From Candidatus Woesearchaeota archaeon (GTDB lineage Archaea > Nanobdellota > Nanobdellia > Woesearchaeales > GW2011-AR9): a stretch of DNA of 64,000 bases. This document shows, piece after piece, positions 44,750 through 54,374 of the stretch. A model generated the notes under the pieces. That model made no database searches, was not told the DNA's origin, and saw nothing but the letters and a program-made list of their open reading frames with translations. A program made the translations under genes and the position numbers. The stretch is taken from the NCBI GenBank assembly GCA_945861715.1, contig CAMAVK010000004.1:784-64783 (forward strand), given 5' to 3'. How positions within the stretch are numbered: the stretch's first letter is position 1; the number at the start of each line of letters is the position of its first letter.

Positions 44750-46429
44750 TTATCTTCGTCTTGGTTTTCCTAAAGTTCGGTTTTCAAATGGTTTTTGTTT
44801 GAATCCTGCGCGACCAGCTGGTCGTCTTGAACGTCCACCACGTGCGTCTTGTGCTGCATTCCAATCTTTGAATGAGCTTCCACCTGTTTTGCCACTGGAT
44901 TCATTGTTTGTGGAATTTGTTCTCGGTTGCGCGGTGTTGTTGGAATGTGCTTGTGGCGGTGATGTAAATCGCTCTTTGGGTCTTGAATCCGATTGATGAG
45001 GGGCCCTTTGTTCAAAACGTGATGGTGTATTTGAAGCAAATCTTTGGGGTGGTCTTGATTCAAATCTTTGGGGTGCTCGTTCGTTAAATCTGGAGGGTGG
45101 TGCAGCATTTCTTGGTTCAAATTTGTTATCTCTTACCTCTGGTTTTGAGTTGAATGAGTTACTTTGAGCGTTTTCTCTCCTAGGGGAATTGTTTTCTTGA
45201 GGTCGTTTGGAGAATTGAGGACTTTCTCGACTGTTTGCGTGTTCACGATGTCCGCGTTCTTCGTTAAATGATGGTCGGTCCCGTCCGGGTGCGTATGGAG
45301 TTGGTCTTGATGAGTATGAGCGAATTTGTACAAATTCAGTATCTTGGGCTTGTCTTCGTTTTGACTTTCTATCTTCCAATTCACTTCTTTTTGAATCGTT
45401 AGGTCTTGCGTTTTGAGTTGATGGTTGTGGTTTTACAAATTGTGCTGGTACAACGTTATCACGTGGTTGGTATACATTCTCTTGTTCTGGTTTCTTTTTT
45501 TCAACTTTAAATTTTGGTTTTGATGGGTCTTTTGCTTGTATCTCGACAGGAGCGTTTTGAACGCGTTCTGCGTTGAAATATTTACTACTTTTTTCTTTTT
45601 GTTCGTTTGCCATTTGTTTTGCTTCTCTTTTTTTGATTGATAGTTTTTGTTCGCGGGGTTGGGTTTCTGTAGGGATAGATTTTGTTTCTGTTGCTCTGTT
45701 GTGGTTTGTTGTAATTGGACTTGTGTGTGTATGTTTTTCTTGGTTCATTGCTTTTGCACTCCCCGGTGCTTCGTTTTTAATGATGATCATGCAGTGGTCT
45801 TTTTCGTACGGATCTAAGTTTCGAAAATCTATTACCGTTAGTTTTTCTTCAATTTGTTTTCTGACTTCTTCAAATATTTGTTTGGATGGTTTTTTAGCGT
45901 CAATTGATCTGGCTTTTACTGCGAGTAAGCCGTAACCACCTTTTTTTAAGAGTGCACAGTTTTTGAGAAATATTTCTGCTTGGTTACGTTGGGCAACGTC
46001 TTGAATAATTATGTCTGGTTCACAGATTCTATTTTGATATTCTTCTGGGTGATTTGCGTCACAAAGAAGTGGGACAATGTTTTTTCTGTCGTGTGAGAGG
46101 AATATTAAGTCTCGAACAACGCGTGGAGCTGGGTCTACACCAAAAATAATTCCTTCGGAGCCAATCATGTCTGAGATGAATGACGCAGTGTATCCATGTG
46201 ATACTCCAAGATACAGTACAATATCACCTTTACGAAGACCAATGTTTGTGACTCCTTTTGCGATACATGCAGCGACTTTTGACCTTGTTGGGTCCCATTC
46301 GCGGAAGTCTATTGAACCCTCTTTGAAATGTTTTTCGTCAAAAGGATATTTTCCAGGAACTAGATTTTTGGTAAATAGTCGTCTTGAATCTGAGAATAGT
46401 TCAAATATTTTATGAGGTAAGATTGCCAT
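44750..46429 (-). CDS. flpA: Fibrillarin-like rRNA 2'-O-methyltransferase with ~340-aa disordered C-terminal extension
   Basis: Motifs FREWDPTRSK, VLYLG.SHGYT, DVAQRNQAEIF, VKARSID and LDPYEKDH within aa 1-218. The rest is low-complexity R/S/P/E/Q/N. Confidence 0.93.
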   Translation of the reverse strand: MAILPHKIFELFSDSRRLFTKNLVPGKYPFDEKHFKEGSIDFREWDPTRSKVAACIAKGVTNIGLRKGDIVLYLGVSHGYTASFISDMIGSEGIIFGVDPAPRVVRDLIFLSHDRKNIVPLLCDANHPEEYQNRICEPDIIIQDVAQRNQAEIFLKNCALLKKGGYGLLAVKARSIDAKKPSKQIFEEVRKQIEEKLTVIDFRNLDPYEKDHCMIIIKNEAPGSAKAMNQEKHTHTSPITTNHNRATETKSIPTETQPREQKLSIKKREAKQMANEQKEKSSKYFNAERVQNAPVEIQAKDPSKPKFKVEKKKPEQENVYQPRDNVVPAQFVKPQPSTQNARPNDSKRSELEDRKSKRRQAQDTEFVQIRSYSSRPTPYAPGRDRPSFNEERGHREHANSRESPQFSKRPQENNSPRRENAQSNSFNSKPEVRDNKFEPRNAAPPSRFNERAPQRFESRPPQRFASNTPSRFEQRAPHQSDSRPKERFTSPPQAHSNNTAQPRTNSTNNESSGKTGGSSFKDWNAAQDARGGRSRRPAGRAGFKQKPFENRTLGKPRRR

Positions 46430-46513
46430 GATTAGGGGGTTCGGGTTGTTTTCTGTTTTTTTTTGATGCTTGGGTGTTGATAGTTATTGTATTTTATGGA
46501 TGGGGTTAATGCT

Positions 46514-47458
46514 TTAGTTAGCAAGTCTCTTTTCAATATCTGCGCGATATTCAACTGCTTTGAATTCTCCTTTGAAATAATCCAAGCGTGCACAGAGGGA
46601 TAATTTGTCAGCTAAGAGTCGCGCTGCTTTTCCTTTGTTATCTTTTGAGGCGTTGGCAACAATTGGATGGTTTATTATGATTCCATATTTTGGTGAACGT
46701 GCTCCTGTTTTTATGTGACGGAATAATGCTTTTTCGGCGCCAAAGAGTTGAATTGTTGAAGCGGGTAGCATGGCTAAATGTTTTAATGATCTTGCAAACA
46801 TCAATAATTTTGCGGCTATATTTGGTCCAGCTAATTCGGTGAAATTTGGTGCGTATTTTACCATTACCTGTTGGATGTAGTTTTCAGTTTCTTTTCGTAG
46901 TTCGAAAAGATCCATTACCTGTTTTGAGAGGAGTCTAATCGGTGCTCGGTCAACTTCACTTAATTCATGGCCCAATAGATTTGGCAAATTTAATTCCTTT
47001 TCTATCTCTTGGTTTGTCTTGGTGTAAATAAGTCTTGCATAGAAGAAGTGATCTTGGGTTTTATCTTCTAGTTCGGGGTATGATAATGCGTGCCATTCTC
47101 GTAATCGTTTAGCTAAGATGTTTACTGCTTTGTCAATTTCGTCCATTAGACCTACTGCTTGGATAATGAGGAAATCTTCGTTAACAGTTGCTTTGATTGC
47201 CGTTGTTGTGGTTTGCTCATTTGCTACTTGATAGAGTGAGATGTATTTTCTTTCTTTTAGAGAGATTAGGATTTTTGAGATTATTTCAGCTGGTGCTGCC
47301 GGAGTTTTAGGGTGTTTTTTTTGCATAACGGCTGCGCATTGTGTTGTAGTTTGGGTTGAAGTTATGAGAACTTCTTCTGTTATAACTCCCGATTCTTCAA
47401 CGAGAAAGGAGCCGATGATGTGGTTGAAAATGTACATATAGTTGTTATTCTGCCACAA
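46514..47458 (-). CDS. nop5: C/D box RNP protein Nop5/Nop56
   Basis: Motifs RLREWHALSYPEL, YAPNFTELAG, PASTIQLFGAEKALFRH, SPKYGII and GKAARLLA. Confidence 0.96.
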   Translation of the reverse strand: MWQNNNYMYIFNHIIGSFLVEESGVITEEVLITSTQTTTQCAAVMQKKHPKTPAAPAEIISKILISLKERKYISLYQVANEQTTTTAIKATVNEDFLIIQAVGLMDEIDKAVNILAKRLREWHALSYPELEDKTQDHFFYARLIYTKTNQEIEKELNLPNLLGHELSEVDRAPIRLLSKQVMDLFELRKETENYIQQVMVKYAPNFTELAGPNIAAKLLMFARSLKHLAMLPASTIQLFGAEKALFRHIKTGARSPKYGIIINHPIVANASKDNKGKAARLLADKLSLCARLDYFKGEFKAVEYRADIEKRLAN

Positions 47459-47558
47459 TATATTTAAAGGTTGTTTTTGAATTGTTGTTTTGAATTAATA
47501 TGGTCTTAAGTTTTTTTATTGGTTTGGTTGTTAGGTTGTTGTCAGGTTGTGATCTTTG

Positions 47559-47804
47559 ATGGACCTTGGAAGAAAGCAATTTTGGGATGAGAAGTGTGCG
47601 TATTGCTCTATTGTATTAGATAGGGGTTCATGGAAATCTAGTTGGGAGAGAGATTATTTACATTATAAAGTGTGTAAATGTGGGTCATGCGGAAAAGCAA
47701 ATTCATTTCGGGTTACTTTTTTTGGTTCTGGACATGATTCTACTTTTATTTCTTCTAAATCAATTGATTCATTGGTGAAACGAGTGTGTGAAAGAGAAAG
47801 ATAG
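47559..47804 (+). CDS. Small zinc-ribbon protein
   Basis: CAYC ... CKCGSCGK. Confidence 0.7.
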   Translation: MDLGRKQFWDEKCAYCSIVLDRGSWKSSWERDYLHYKVCKCGSCGKANSFRVTFFGSGHDSTFISSKSIDSLVKRVCERER

Positions 47805-47847
47805 GAATTTGTTTTATTCTCTTTTTTTCAGGAATGTTTAATATGAA

Positions 47848-48510
47848 ATGGCTTTTTATATACCTATGACACAAAATACTATACTCCCTAGTTTGGGTGT
47901 GGCTGTTGGTACTTCTTCACACATTCCTATTCATACAATTGATTCTAGCTGTCATACTCAACGAGGTTTTGATTCTCGAGGATGTTTTGGAACGAATTGT
48001 CATGATGCGTGTTGTCAATATGGTGCGGATGTTGATTTAGCTAGTTATGCTCTTATTAAACAACATGCATCTTCTATTGGTGAGATTGTTCATTCTTCTT
48101 TTGACGCATGGTTTGAGTCTAGTCCCGTTGCGTTGTCGTCTGATTTTTTAGGTGGTGGTTCTGTTCGCTCCCGAGTTGGAAATGATGGATATTGTGTATT
48201 TCATATCCCAGATGGTAAGGGGTGTGCGTTGTATCAACTTGCATTTTCGGGTATTGATAAAGAGATAGTTCCATCTATTTGCCGGTTGTATCCTTTGAGT
48301 TGGGATGATGGTGTACTTCGTGCGGCTACTCATTTAGAGTCAACATGTAATTGTGTTGCTGATCCTGGTACTTTGAATAGTGATGAGTTTGGGCCTAGGA
48401 GAAGTATTTTAGAGACTCAAATAGAAGATGTGAAGGCTATCTTTCAGTTTGATAAGTTGTATACTATTGTTGAGCCTCGACGTAAAGAGAAAGTAGTTGG
48501 TGTAGTTTAA
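47848..48510 (+). CDS. Cys-cluster protein (YkgJ/FliB/DUF3109-like)
   Basis: CFGTNCHDACC, YCVF, GCALY and PSICRLYPL. Confidence 0.8.
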   Translation: MAFYIPMTQNTILPSLGVAVGTSSHIPIHTIDSSCHTQRGFDSRGCFGTNCHDACCQYGADVDLASYALIKQHASSIGEIVHSSFDAWFESSPVALSSDFLGGGSVRSRVGNDGYCVFHIPDGKGCALYQLAFSGIDKEIVPSICRLYPLSWDDGVLRAATHLESTCNCVADPGTLNSDEFGPRRSILETQIEDVKAIFQFDKLYTIVEPRRKEKVVGVV

Positions 48511-48611
48511 GATTATATTTTAATTTTGTGATTGTGTTTTAGGTAGGTGGTTGTGTTCCAATTCTTCGGTGGTCGCAAAAGGTTCTTATACCATGGTGGT
48601 ATGTTTATTGT

Positions 48612-49085
48612 ATGGTTGATTTAATTGTTGGTGATAATGCTCCTGAGTTTTCGTTGTTAGATCATAATTCTAATTTGCACACGCTTCGTGAAGTTAAAGG
48701 AAAGTGGATTGTTTTGTATTTCTATCCCAAGGACAACACACCTGGGTGTACAGTTGAAGGTATTGATTTTTCTCGTCTTAAAGTTGAGTTTGATTCGTTG
48801 GGGGTGGTGATTTGGGGTGTTAGTCCGGATAGTCCAAAGAGTCATTGTTCATTTATGGATAAACAAAATTTGAGTATTGTTTTACTTTCTGATGAATCAA
48901 AATCGATGCTGGAATTATATGGGGTGTGGGCTAAGAAGAAGTTTATGGGAAAGGAGTATATGGGAGTTCTTAGAACTACTTTTTTAATTGATCCTAAGGG
49001 GAGGATAGCATTTATTTGGCGAGATGTTGCAGTTAAAGGTCATGCTTTGGATGTTTTGGAGACGTTGAAAAGGTTGAAGAAGTAA
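48612..49085 (+). CDS. bcp: Peroxiredoxin Bcp
   Basis: Motifs APEFSL, VLYFYPKDNTPGCTVE, GVSPDS..SHC and RTTFLIDPKG. Confidence 0.96.
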   Translation: MVDLIVGDNAPEFSLLDHNSNLHTLREVKGKWIVLYFYPKDNTPGCTVEGIDFSRLKVEFDSLGVVIWGVSPDSPKSHCSFMDKQNLSIVLLSDESKSMLELYGVWAKKKFMGKEYMGVLRTTFLIDPKGRIAFIWRDVAVKGHALDVLETLKRLKK

Positions 49086-49235
49086 GTTACTTTTGTTTAT
49101 TTTGCTTGCTTTTGTTTACATTTTTTGTTCTTAATTCTCTTATTTCTTGTGCATAGGATGTTAACTTAGCTGGATGATTGATTATATTCTTCCTCTATTT
49201 TTTATTGGGGAAGGTTATGTTCCTATTGCGATAGA

Positions 49236-49243
49236 TTTATAAA
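49236..49243 (+). promoter_or_regulatory. TATA box candidate for the ribosomal superoperon
   Basis: TTTATAAA about 25 nt before the GC-rich leader begins. Confidence 0.5.
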
Positions 49244-49264
49244 TAAAACCCATTTTTGCAGGGT

Positions 49265-49482
49265 TACATAGGTTCGTTTCGACGAATTAGGTTCGAGCAT
49301 CAAGGATCTGACGCCTAGTGCGTCTTAGCGCGTCAATCACACTGCGTCTTTGGAAAATCCGGACGGAAATGGTTGAAAGCGATTGGCCTGAAAAAGTGAC
49401 CATCGAGGTTTATTCTTTGATGGGATCTCGAAATAGGCTGTTACACACGTAATGAGGAAGGGAAATATCCCTATATTTTACA
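49265..49482 (+). promoter_or_regulatory. Long structured 5' leader of the rpl3 operon (candidate r-protein autoregulatory leader)
   Basis: GC-rich non-coding stretch with hairpins ttcgt-ttcg-acgaa, gacgc/gcgtc, catcgagg/ctttgatg and aggga/tccct. Confidence 0.55.
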
Positions 49483-50445
49483 ATGCCAAAAGTAAGTCAT
49501 CCACGTAGAGGAAGTATGCAGTACTGGCCACGGGCTCGCGCAAAATATTTACTTGCACGTATTCGAACATGGGCTAAAGAGTCTAAGGTAAAACCTCTTG
49601 GGTTTATTGGGTTTAAAGCTGGAATGACTCACGTTATGGCTCAAGATAATCATCCTAAGTCAATGACTAAGGGAGAACAAATTGCGTTACCTGCAACGAT
49701 GATTGAATGTCCTCCAATGACAGTTATTGGTGTATCATATTATAAAAAGACTGAAAATGGTCTTCGTAAAGTTGGTAGTATTCTTGCTCCGACTCTTGCT
49801 AAATCTGTTTCTCGTTTGTTTCCTGTCCCTAAAGTTGCAGGGAAGGGAGTAGATAGTGTTACTGATTTTGATGATTTAAGAATCATTGTTGCTTCGGGGT
49901 CTGACAAGGTTCCAAGTATTCAAACTAAGAAACCAAAAGTAATTGAGATTGCTCTTGGTGGTTCTAAAGCAGATAAGATTGGTTATGCTAAGGAGAAACT
50001 TGGAAAGGAACTTACTATCAATGATGTGTTTGATCGTGGTGTAGCAGTTGATATTCACGGAATTGGTAAGGGTAAGGGATTTCAAGGTACTGTTAAGCGG
50101 TTTGGTGTTCCTATTCGTCAACATAAAGCTGAAAAGACAAAGAGAGGTATTGCAACTCTTGGTTCTTGGACTCCTAAACGAGTTGAGTTTACGGTTGCTC
50201 AATCAGGAAAGATGGGATTTCATCTTCGTACTGAATACAATAAGCGTATTTTGAAGATTGCGACTGGAGAAGAAGTAAATCCAACTGGTGGAATTATTCG
50301 ATACGGGGTTGTTCGAAATCCTTGTGTATTGCTTAAAGGATCAGTTGTTGGTGCACAACGAAGAGCAGTTATGCTTACTTCCACTATTCGACAAAATAAA
50401 CCAATTTTGAAAGATGGTTATGATGTTGTAAAGGTGATTAAATAA
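49483..50445 (+). CDS. rpl3: 50S ribosomal protein L3
   Basis: Motifs PRRGSMQYWPR, GFKAGMTH, GKGFQGTVKRFG and GFHLRTEYNK. Confidence 0.98.
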   Translation: MPKVSHPRRGSMQYWPRARAKYLLARIRTWAKESKVKPLGFIGFKAGMTHVMAQDNHPKSMTKGEQIALPATMIECPPMTVIGVSYYKKTENGLRKVGSILAPTLAKSVSRLFPVPKVAGKGVDSVTDFDDLRIIVASGSDKVPSIQTKKPKVIEIALGGSKADKIGYAKEKLGKELTINDVFDRGVAVDIHGIGKGKGFQGTVKRFGVPIRQHKAEKTKRGIATLGSWTPKRVEFTVAQSGKMGFHLRTEYNKRILKIATGEEVNPTGGIIRYGVVRNPCVLLKGSVVGAQRRAVMLTSTIRQNKPILKDGYDVVKVIK

Positions 50446-50528
50446 GTTTCGAGTGATGTGGAAATTACCTATTAAATACTGATAAAACACACTTAATATG
50501 TGTTAAGAAAATAATGAATGAGGATATC

Positions 50529-51335
50529 ATGAAAGTCGCAATTTTTGATACGCAAAAAAAGAAATCGGGGGACGCTGAATTACCTGCTCAGTTTAGTGAG
50601 GCATTTAGACCTGATCTTATTAAACGTGCTGTGCTTGCTCTTGCTAGTTCAGGGCGTCAAGCTTATGGTTCACATGTTGGTGCGGGTAAGCGTTATTCAT
50701 CGTCGGTAAGTAAGCGTCGACGTGATTGGAGAGGATCTTATGGTTTTGGTATCTCTCGTGTAAACAGAAAAGTATTGTCACATCGTGGTACTCGTATGTT
50801 TTGGGTTGGTGCAACAAGTCCACATACTCGAGGTGGTTTTAGAGCTCATCCTCCTAAGAGTGAGAAAGTATGGGAACAAAAAATCAATACCAAAGAGAAT
50901 CGAAAAGCAATTCGGTCGGCAATTGCTGCTACAGCTGTTGCAAAGATTGTAACTGCACGTGGTCATCATGTTCCTGTTGAATATCCATTTGTTATTGCTT
51001 CCTCATTTGAAGCATTGACAAAGACTCAAGATGTTCGTAAGGTTCTTGAAGGACTTGGTTTTACTGAAGAGTTGGCAAGAACAAGTGTTATTAAAGTACG
51101 AGCAGGACGAGGTAAGATTCGAGGTCGACGATATGTGACGAAGAAAGGTTTACTTATTGTTGTTGGTGAAATTTGTCCTTTAGTTAAATCAGCAGTTAAT
51201 ATTCCTGGTATTGATGTTGTTGCTGTGTCTGCGCTTAACGCGGCAGTACTTGCTCCGGGTGCTCTTGCAGGAAGAGTTACACTTTGGACACAAAAAGCGG
51301 TGGAGGCATTAGGGAAAAATAATCTCTATATGTAA
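50529..51335 (+). CDS. rpl4: 50S ribosomal protein L4
   Basis: Motifs FRPDLIKRAV, TRGGFRAHPP, KINTKENRKA and RAGRGKIRGRRY. Confidence 0.98.
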   Translation: MKVAIFDTQKKKSGDAELPAQFSEAFRPDLIKRAVLALASSGRQAYGSHVGAGKRYSSSVSKRRRDWRGSYGFGISRVNRKVLSHRGTRMFWVGATSPHTRGGFRAHPPKSEKVWEQKINTKENRKAIRSAIAATAVAKIVTARGHHVPVEYPFVIASSFEALTKTQDVRKVLEGLGFTEELARTSVIKVRAGRGKIRGRRYVTKKGLLIVVGEICPLVKSAVNIPGIDVVAVSALNAAVLAPGALAGRVTLWTQKAVEALGKNNLYM

Positions 51336-51340
51336 ATAAC

Positions 51341-51619
51341 ATGGCTACTGCAACTACATTTGATCCGTATTCAATAATCATTCGACCAGTCTCTTCAGAA
51401 AAAAGTATTCGACAAATTGAGTTTGAAAATAAACTTGTTTTTGTTGTTAATACTAAATGCTGTAAAGCAGATGTGAAGAAGGCAGTTGAGCAACTTTTTA
51501 AAGTACGAGTTGCAAAAATAAATATTCAAAATACAATACTCGGGGAAAAGCGGGCATACGTTAAACTTGCACCAGGAAATCTGGCAAGTGATGTTAGCGC
51601 TGATCTCGGTTTAATTTAG
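51341..51619 (+). CDS. rpl23: 50S ribosomal protein L23
   Basis: Motifs IIIRPVSSEK, NKLVFVV and KRAYVKL. Confidence 0.97.
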   Translation: MATATTFDPYSIIIRPVSSEKSIRQIEFENKLVFVVNTKCCKADVKKAVEQLFKVRVAKINIQNTILGEKRAYVKLAPGNLASDVSADLGLI

Positions 51620-51627
51620 GTGAACGC

Positions 51628-52344
51628 ATGGGTAAGAATCTTATTCAACAACGCCGTGGACGCGGCACAAAAACATATACTTCGCCTAGCTTTCGCTTTA
51701 AAGGCGAGGTTAAACATTATCCTGTAGATGCTGCAGGAACAGTGGTGGATATCCTTCATTGTGCAGGTCATAGTGCACCTCTTATGGCTGTGTCTTATGA
51801 TACTGGTGATGTTGGTTTACATTTTGCTCCAGAAGGAATTAAAGTGGGCGATGAATTGTCAGTCGGTGGGGTAGTTGATGTATCAATTAAACCTCGACTT
51901 GGGGATGTTCGTATGCTTCGTGATATTCCTGAAGGAACTCTTATTAATAATCTTGAATTACGACCAGGAGATGGTGGAAAACTTGTTCGAAGTTCAGGTG
52001 TGTTTGCTAAGCTTGTTTCAAAATCTGAGAAAGAAGTTAGAGTTTTACTTCCTTCACGAAAGGAGAAGATATTTACTCCTGATTGTCGGGCATCGATTGG
52101 GTTATTGTCCGGGGCTGGTAGAACGGAGAAACCATTCCTTAAGGCAGGTACTCGATTCTTCAGGATGAAGGCTAAGAATAAACTTTATCCAAGAGTTTGT
52201 GGGATTTCAATGAACGCAGTAGACCATCCGTTTGGTGGAAAGTGTTCACATATTAAGGGTCGCCCTACACAATCTCCGCGAAGTGCTCCGCCTGGACGTA
52301 AGGTTGGAAAGATTGCTCCTAAGAGGACGGGTAGACGACGATAA
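51628..52344 (+). CDS. rpl2: 50S ribosomal protein L2
   Basis: Motifs MGKNLIQQRRGRG, GDGGKLVRSSG and MNAVDHPFGG. Confidence 0.98.
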   Translation: MGKNLIQQRRGRGTKTYTSPSFRFKGEVKHYPVDAAGTVVDILHCAGHSAPLMAVSYDTGDVGLHFAPEGIKVGDELSVGGVVDVSIKPRLGDVRMLRDIPEGTLINNLELRPGDGGKLVRSSGVFAKLVSKSEKEVRVLLPSRKEKIFTPDCRASIGLLSGAGRTEKPFLKAGTRFFRMKAKNKLYPRVCGISMNAVDHPFGGKCSHIKGRPTQSPRSAPPGRKVGKIAPKRTGRRR

Positions 52345-52369
52345 ATTAATACTAACTGGTGAAAACTGA

Positions 52370-52750
52370 ATGGCAAAAGAAATAATTTGGCATGGGAAAA
52401 GTGAACAAGAAGTCCTTAAGATGGATATGAAGCAATTCATGCAACTTGTTCCTTCAAGAGCTCGAAGATCCCTTACTCGTGGATACACTCCTGCACAAAA
52501 GAGTCTTATGGCTCGTTTGGAAGCAGGTGATAAGGAGATTAAAACTCATGTTCGTGATATTATTATAACCCCAATTATGATTGGAAAGACTCTTAAGGTG
52601 TATAGTGGAAAGGATTTTTTCCCGGTTAATGTTACACTTGAGATGCTTGGTCATACATTAGGTGAGTTTTCACACTCTCGTAAAGTTGTGTCACATAGTG
52701 CAGCTGGAGTTGGTGCAACAAGGTCAAGTAAGGCGGTATCAGCTCGATAA
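52370..52750 (+). CDS. rps19: 30S ribosomal protein S19
   Basis: Motifs IKTHVRDIII, MLGHTLGEF and GVGATRSS. Confidence 0.98.
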   Translation: MAKEIIWHGKSEQEVLKMDMKQFMQLVPSRARRSLTRGYTPAQKSLMARLEAGDKEIKTHVRDIIITPIMIGKTLKVYSGKDFFPVNVTLEMLGHTLGEFSHSRKVVSHSAAGVGATRSSKAVSAR

Positions 52751-52765
52751 ATTAGTGGGGAACTT

Positions 52766-53272
52766 ATGGCTCAAATTCAAACAACAAAAAAAGTGGTACG
52801 AGCGTGCATGCTCGATTTGCCTATTTCACCTAAACATAGTGTTGAGATTAGCAAGGCTTTGCGATTTAGAACAATTACTTATGCAAAGAAAGTGCTTGAA
52901 GGTCTTGTTACACTTGAGAAACCAATTAAGTTTACTCGTTATGATCAAGATCTTGGTCATAAACCAGGTATTGGTGCTGGTCGCTTTCCTCAGAAAGCAG
53001 CTACTCATTTCATGAAGTTAGTAAACTCTGTTGAAGCTAATGCTCTTCATCTTGGGCTTAATACATCAAATTTGAAAATTATTAAATTAGTATCTAACAA
53101 GGGTGCTTGTCCTGCGCGTGCTGGTCGAATTCGAGGCACTCGAAAGCGAACAAACCTGGAAATTGAGGTTTGTGAAGTTGCTCCAAAGGCGAAGAGTGCT
53201 CCTCGAGCTGCTGGCGTTGCTGGTGCAGCAAAATCGAAATCAGCTCCTAAGGCTGAGAGTACCAAAAAATAA
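52766..53272 (+). CDS. rpl22: 50S ribosomal protein L22
   Basis: Motifs ISPKHSVEI, GRFPQKAA and RAGR. Ala/Lys-rich tail. Confidence 0.97.
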   Translation: MAQIQTTKKVVRACMLDLPISPKHSVEISKALRFRTITYAKKVLEGLVTLEKPIKFTRYDQDLGHKPGIGAGRFPQKAATHFMKLVNSVEANALHLGLNTSNLKIIKLVSNKGACPARAGRIRGTRKRTNLEIEVCEVAPKAKSAPRAAGVAGAAKSKSAPKAESTKK

Positions 53273-53290
53273 TATTAAGACGTGATACCT

Positions 53291-54151
53291 ATGATTGAGC
53301 GCGATTTCATTGTGCAGAAAACAAAGGAATACTATATTAAACAATACATTGAGCGTAAACTCAAGGGTGTTGGTATTTCCCAAATTAAGCTGAAAAAAAT
53401 TCCTCTTGGGGAAAAAATTATCTTGTACACGAGTAGACCTAGTTTACTAGTAGGTTCGCGTGGAGCAAATATTAAAGATTTAACTAAAGTACTCAAAAAA
53501 GAGTTTAAATTAGAAAATCCGCAACTTGAAATTAATGAAGTTAAGGACGTCTTTTTAGATGCTAAAATTGTCGCTGAACGTATCGCAAGTTCGCTTGAAC
53601 GCTTTGGATCTGCTCGGTTTAAGAGTATTGGTCATAAGATTATGGAGAACGTGCTTAATAGTGGGGCTCTTGGTGTAGAAGTAAAGATGTCCGGAAAAAT
53701 TCCGGGTGCTCGTGCTAAAAGCTGGCGATTTTATCAAGGATATTTAAAGAAATGTGGTGATATTGCTGTTGTTGGAGTTCGAAAAGCAAAAACTACAGCG
53801 GTATTAAAGACTGGTGTTATTGGTGTACAAGTTTCAATTATGCCTCCTGATTTAGTCCTTCCGGATTATGTAGGAGTGTTGGATCCAAGTACTCAAGCTC
53901 CGATTCATGAAGTTCATGTAGAAGATTTACCTGAGTCTGTTGATGATATGCCTAAAAAAGTAGTTCGTAAAGCAGCAAATCCGAAAACAGGATCTGAGAA
54001 AGTCGGGTCTGAAAAGGCGCCTGCTAAGAAGTCTGTAGCTAAGAAAACTGCTGTGCCTAAAACAGGAACGGATAAGGTAGAATCAGAAAAGATGTCAGCG
54101 AAAGCTGAACATGCTCCGCCTGTTGTTGTTAAGGAAGCATCACAAGAATAA
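53291..54151 (+). CDS. rps3: 30S ribosomal protein S3
   Basis: KH domain, SGKIPGARAK, GYLKKCG, GVIGVQVSIM, and a long K/A/E tail. Confidence 0.98.
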   Translation: MIERDFIVQKTKEYYIKQYIERKLKGVGISQIKLKKIPLGEKIILYTSRPSLLVGSRGANIKDLTKVLKKEFKLENPQLEINEVKDVFLDAKIVAERIASSLERFGSARFKSIGHKIMENVLNSGALGVEVKMSGKIPGARAKSWRFYQGYLKKCGDIAVVGVRKAKTTAVLKTGVIGVQVSIMPPDLVLPDYVGVLDPSTQAPIHEVHVEDLPESVDDMPKKVVRKAANPKTGSEKVGSEKAPAKKSVAKKTAVPKTGTDKVESEKMSAKAEHAPPVVVKEASQE

Positions 54152-54169
54152 GTATATGGGTTGATAATA

Positions 54170-54373
54170 ATGAAAGTTACAAAAACGCTTAGGGATTTGA
54201 GTGTACCAGAGTTGCAAACTCGTATGGCTGAAATGAGAAAAGAACTTATGAAGCTTCGAGTAAAGAGTGCTACTGGTGCTCTTGGTACTGAATCAGGTAA
54301 GGTTCGACAAACTCGGAAAAATATTGCACGGGCTTTGACTATACTTGGACAAAAAGGAGTTGGCAACCAATAA
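54170..54373 (+). CDS. rpl29: 50S ribosomal protein L29
   Basis: Motifs LRDLS, ELMKLR and RKNIARALT. Confidence 0.95.
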   Translation: MKVTKTLRDLSVPELQTRMAEMRKELMKLRVKSATGALGTESGKVRQTRKNIARALTILGQKGVGNQ

Positions 54374-54374
54374 G

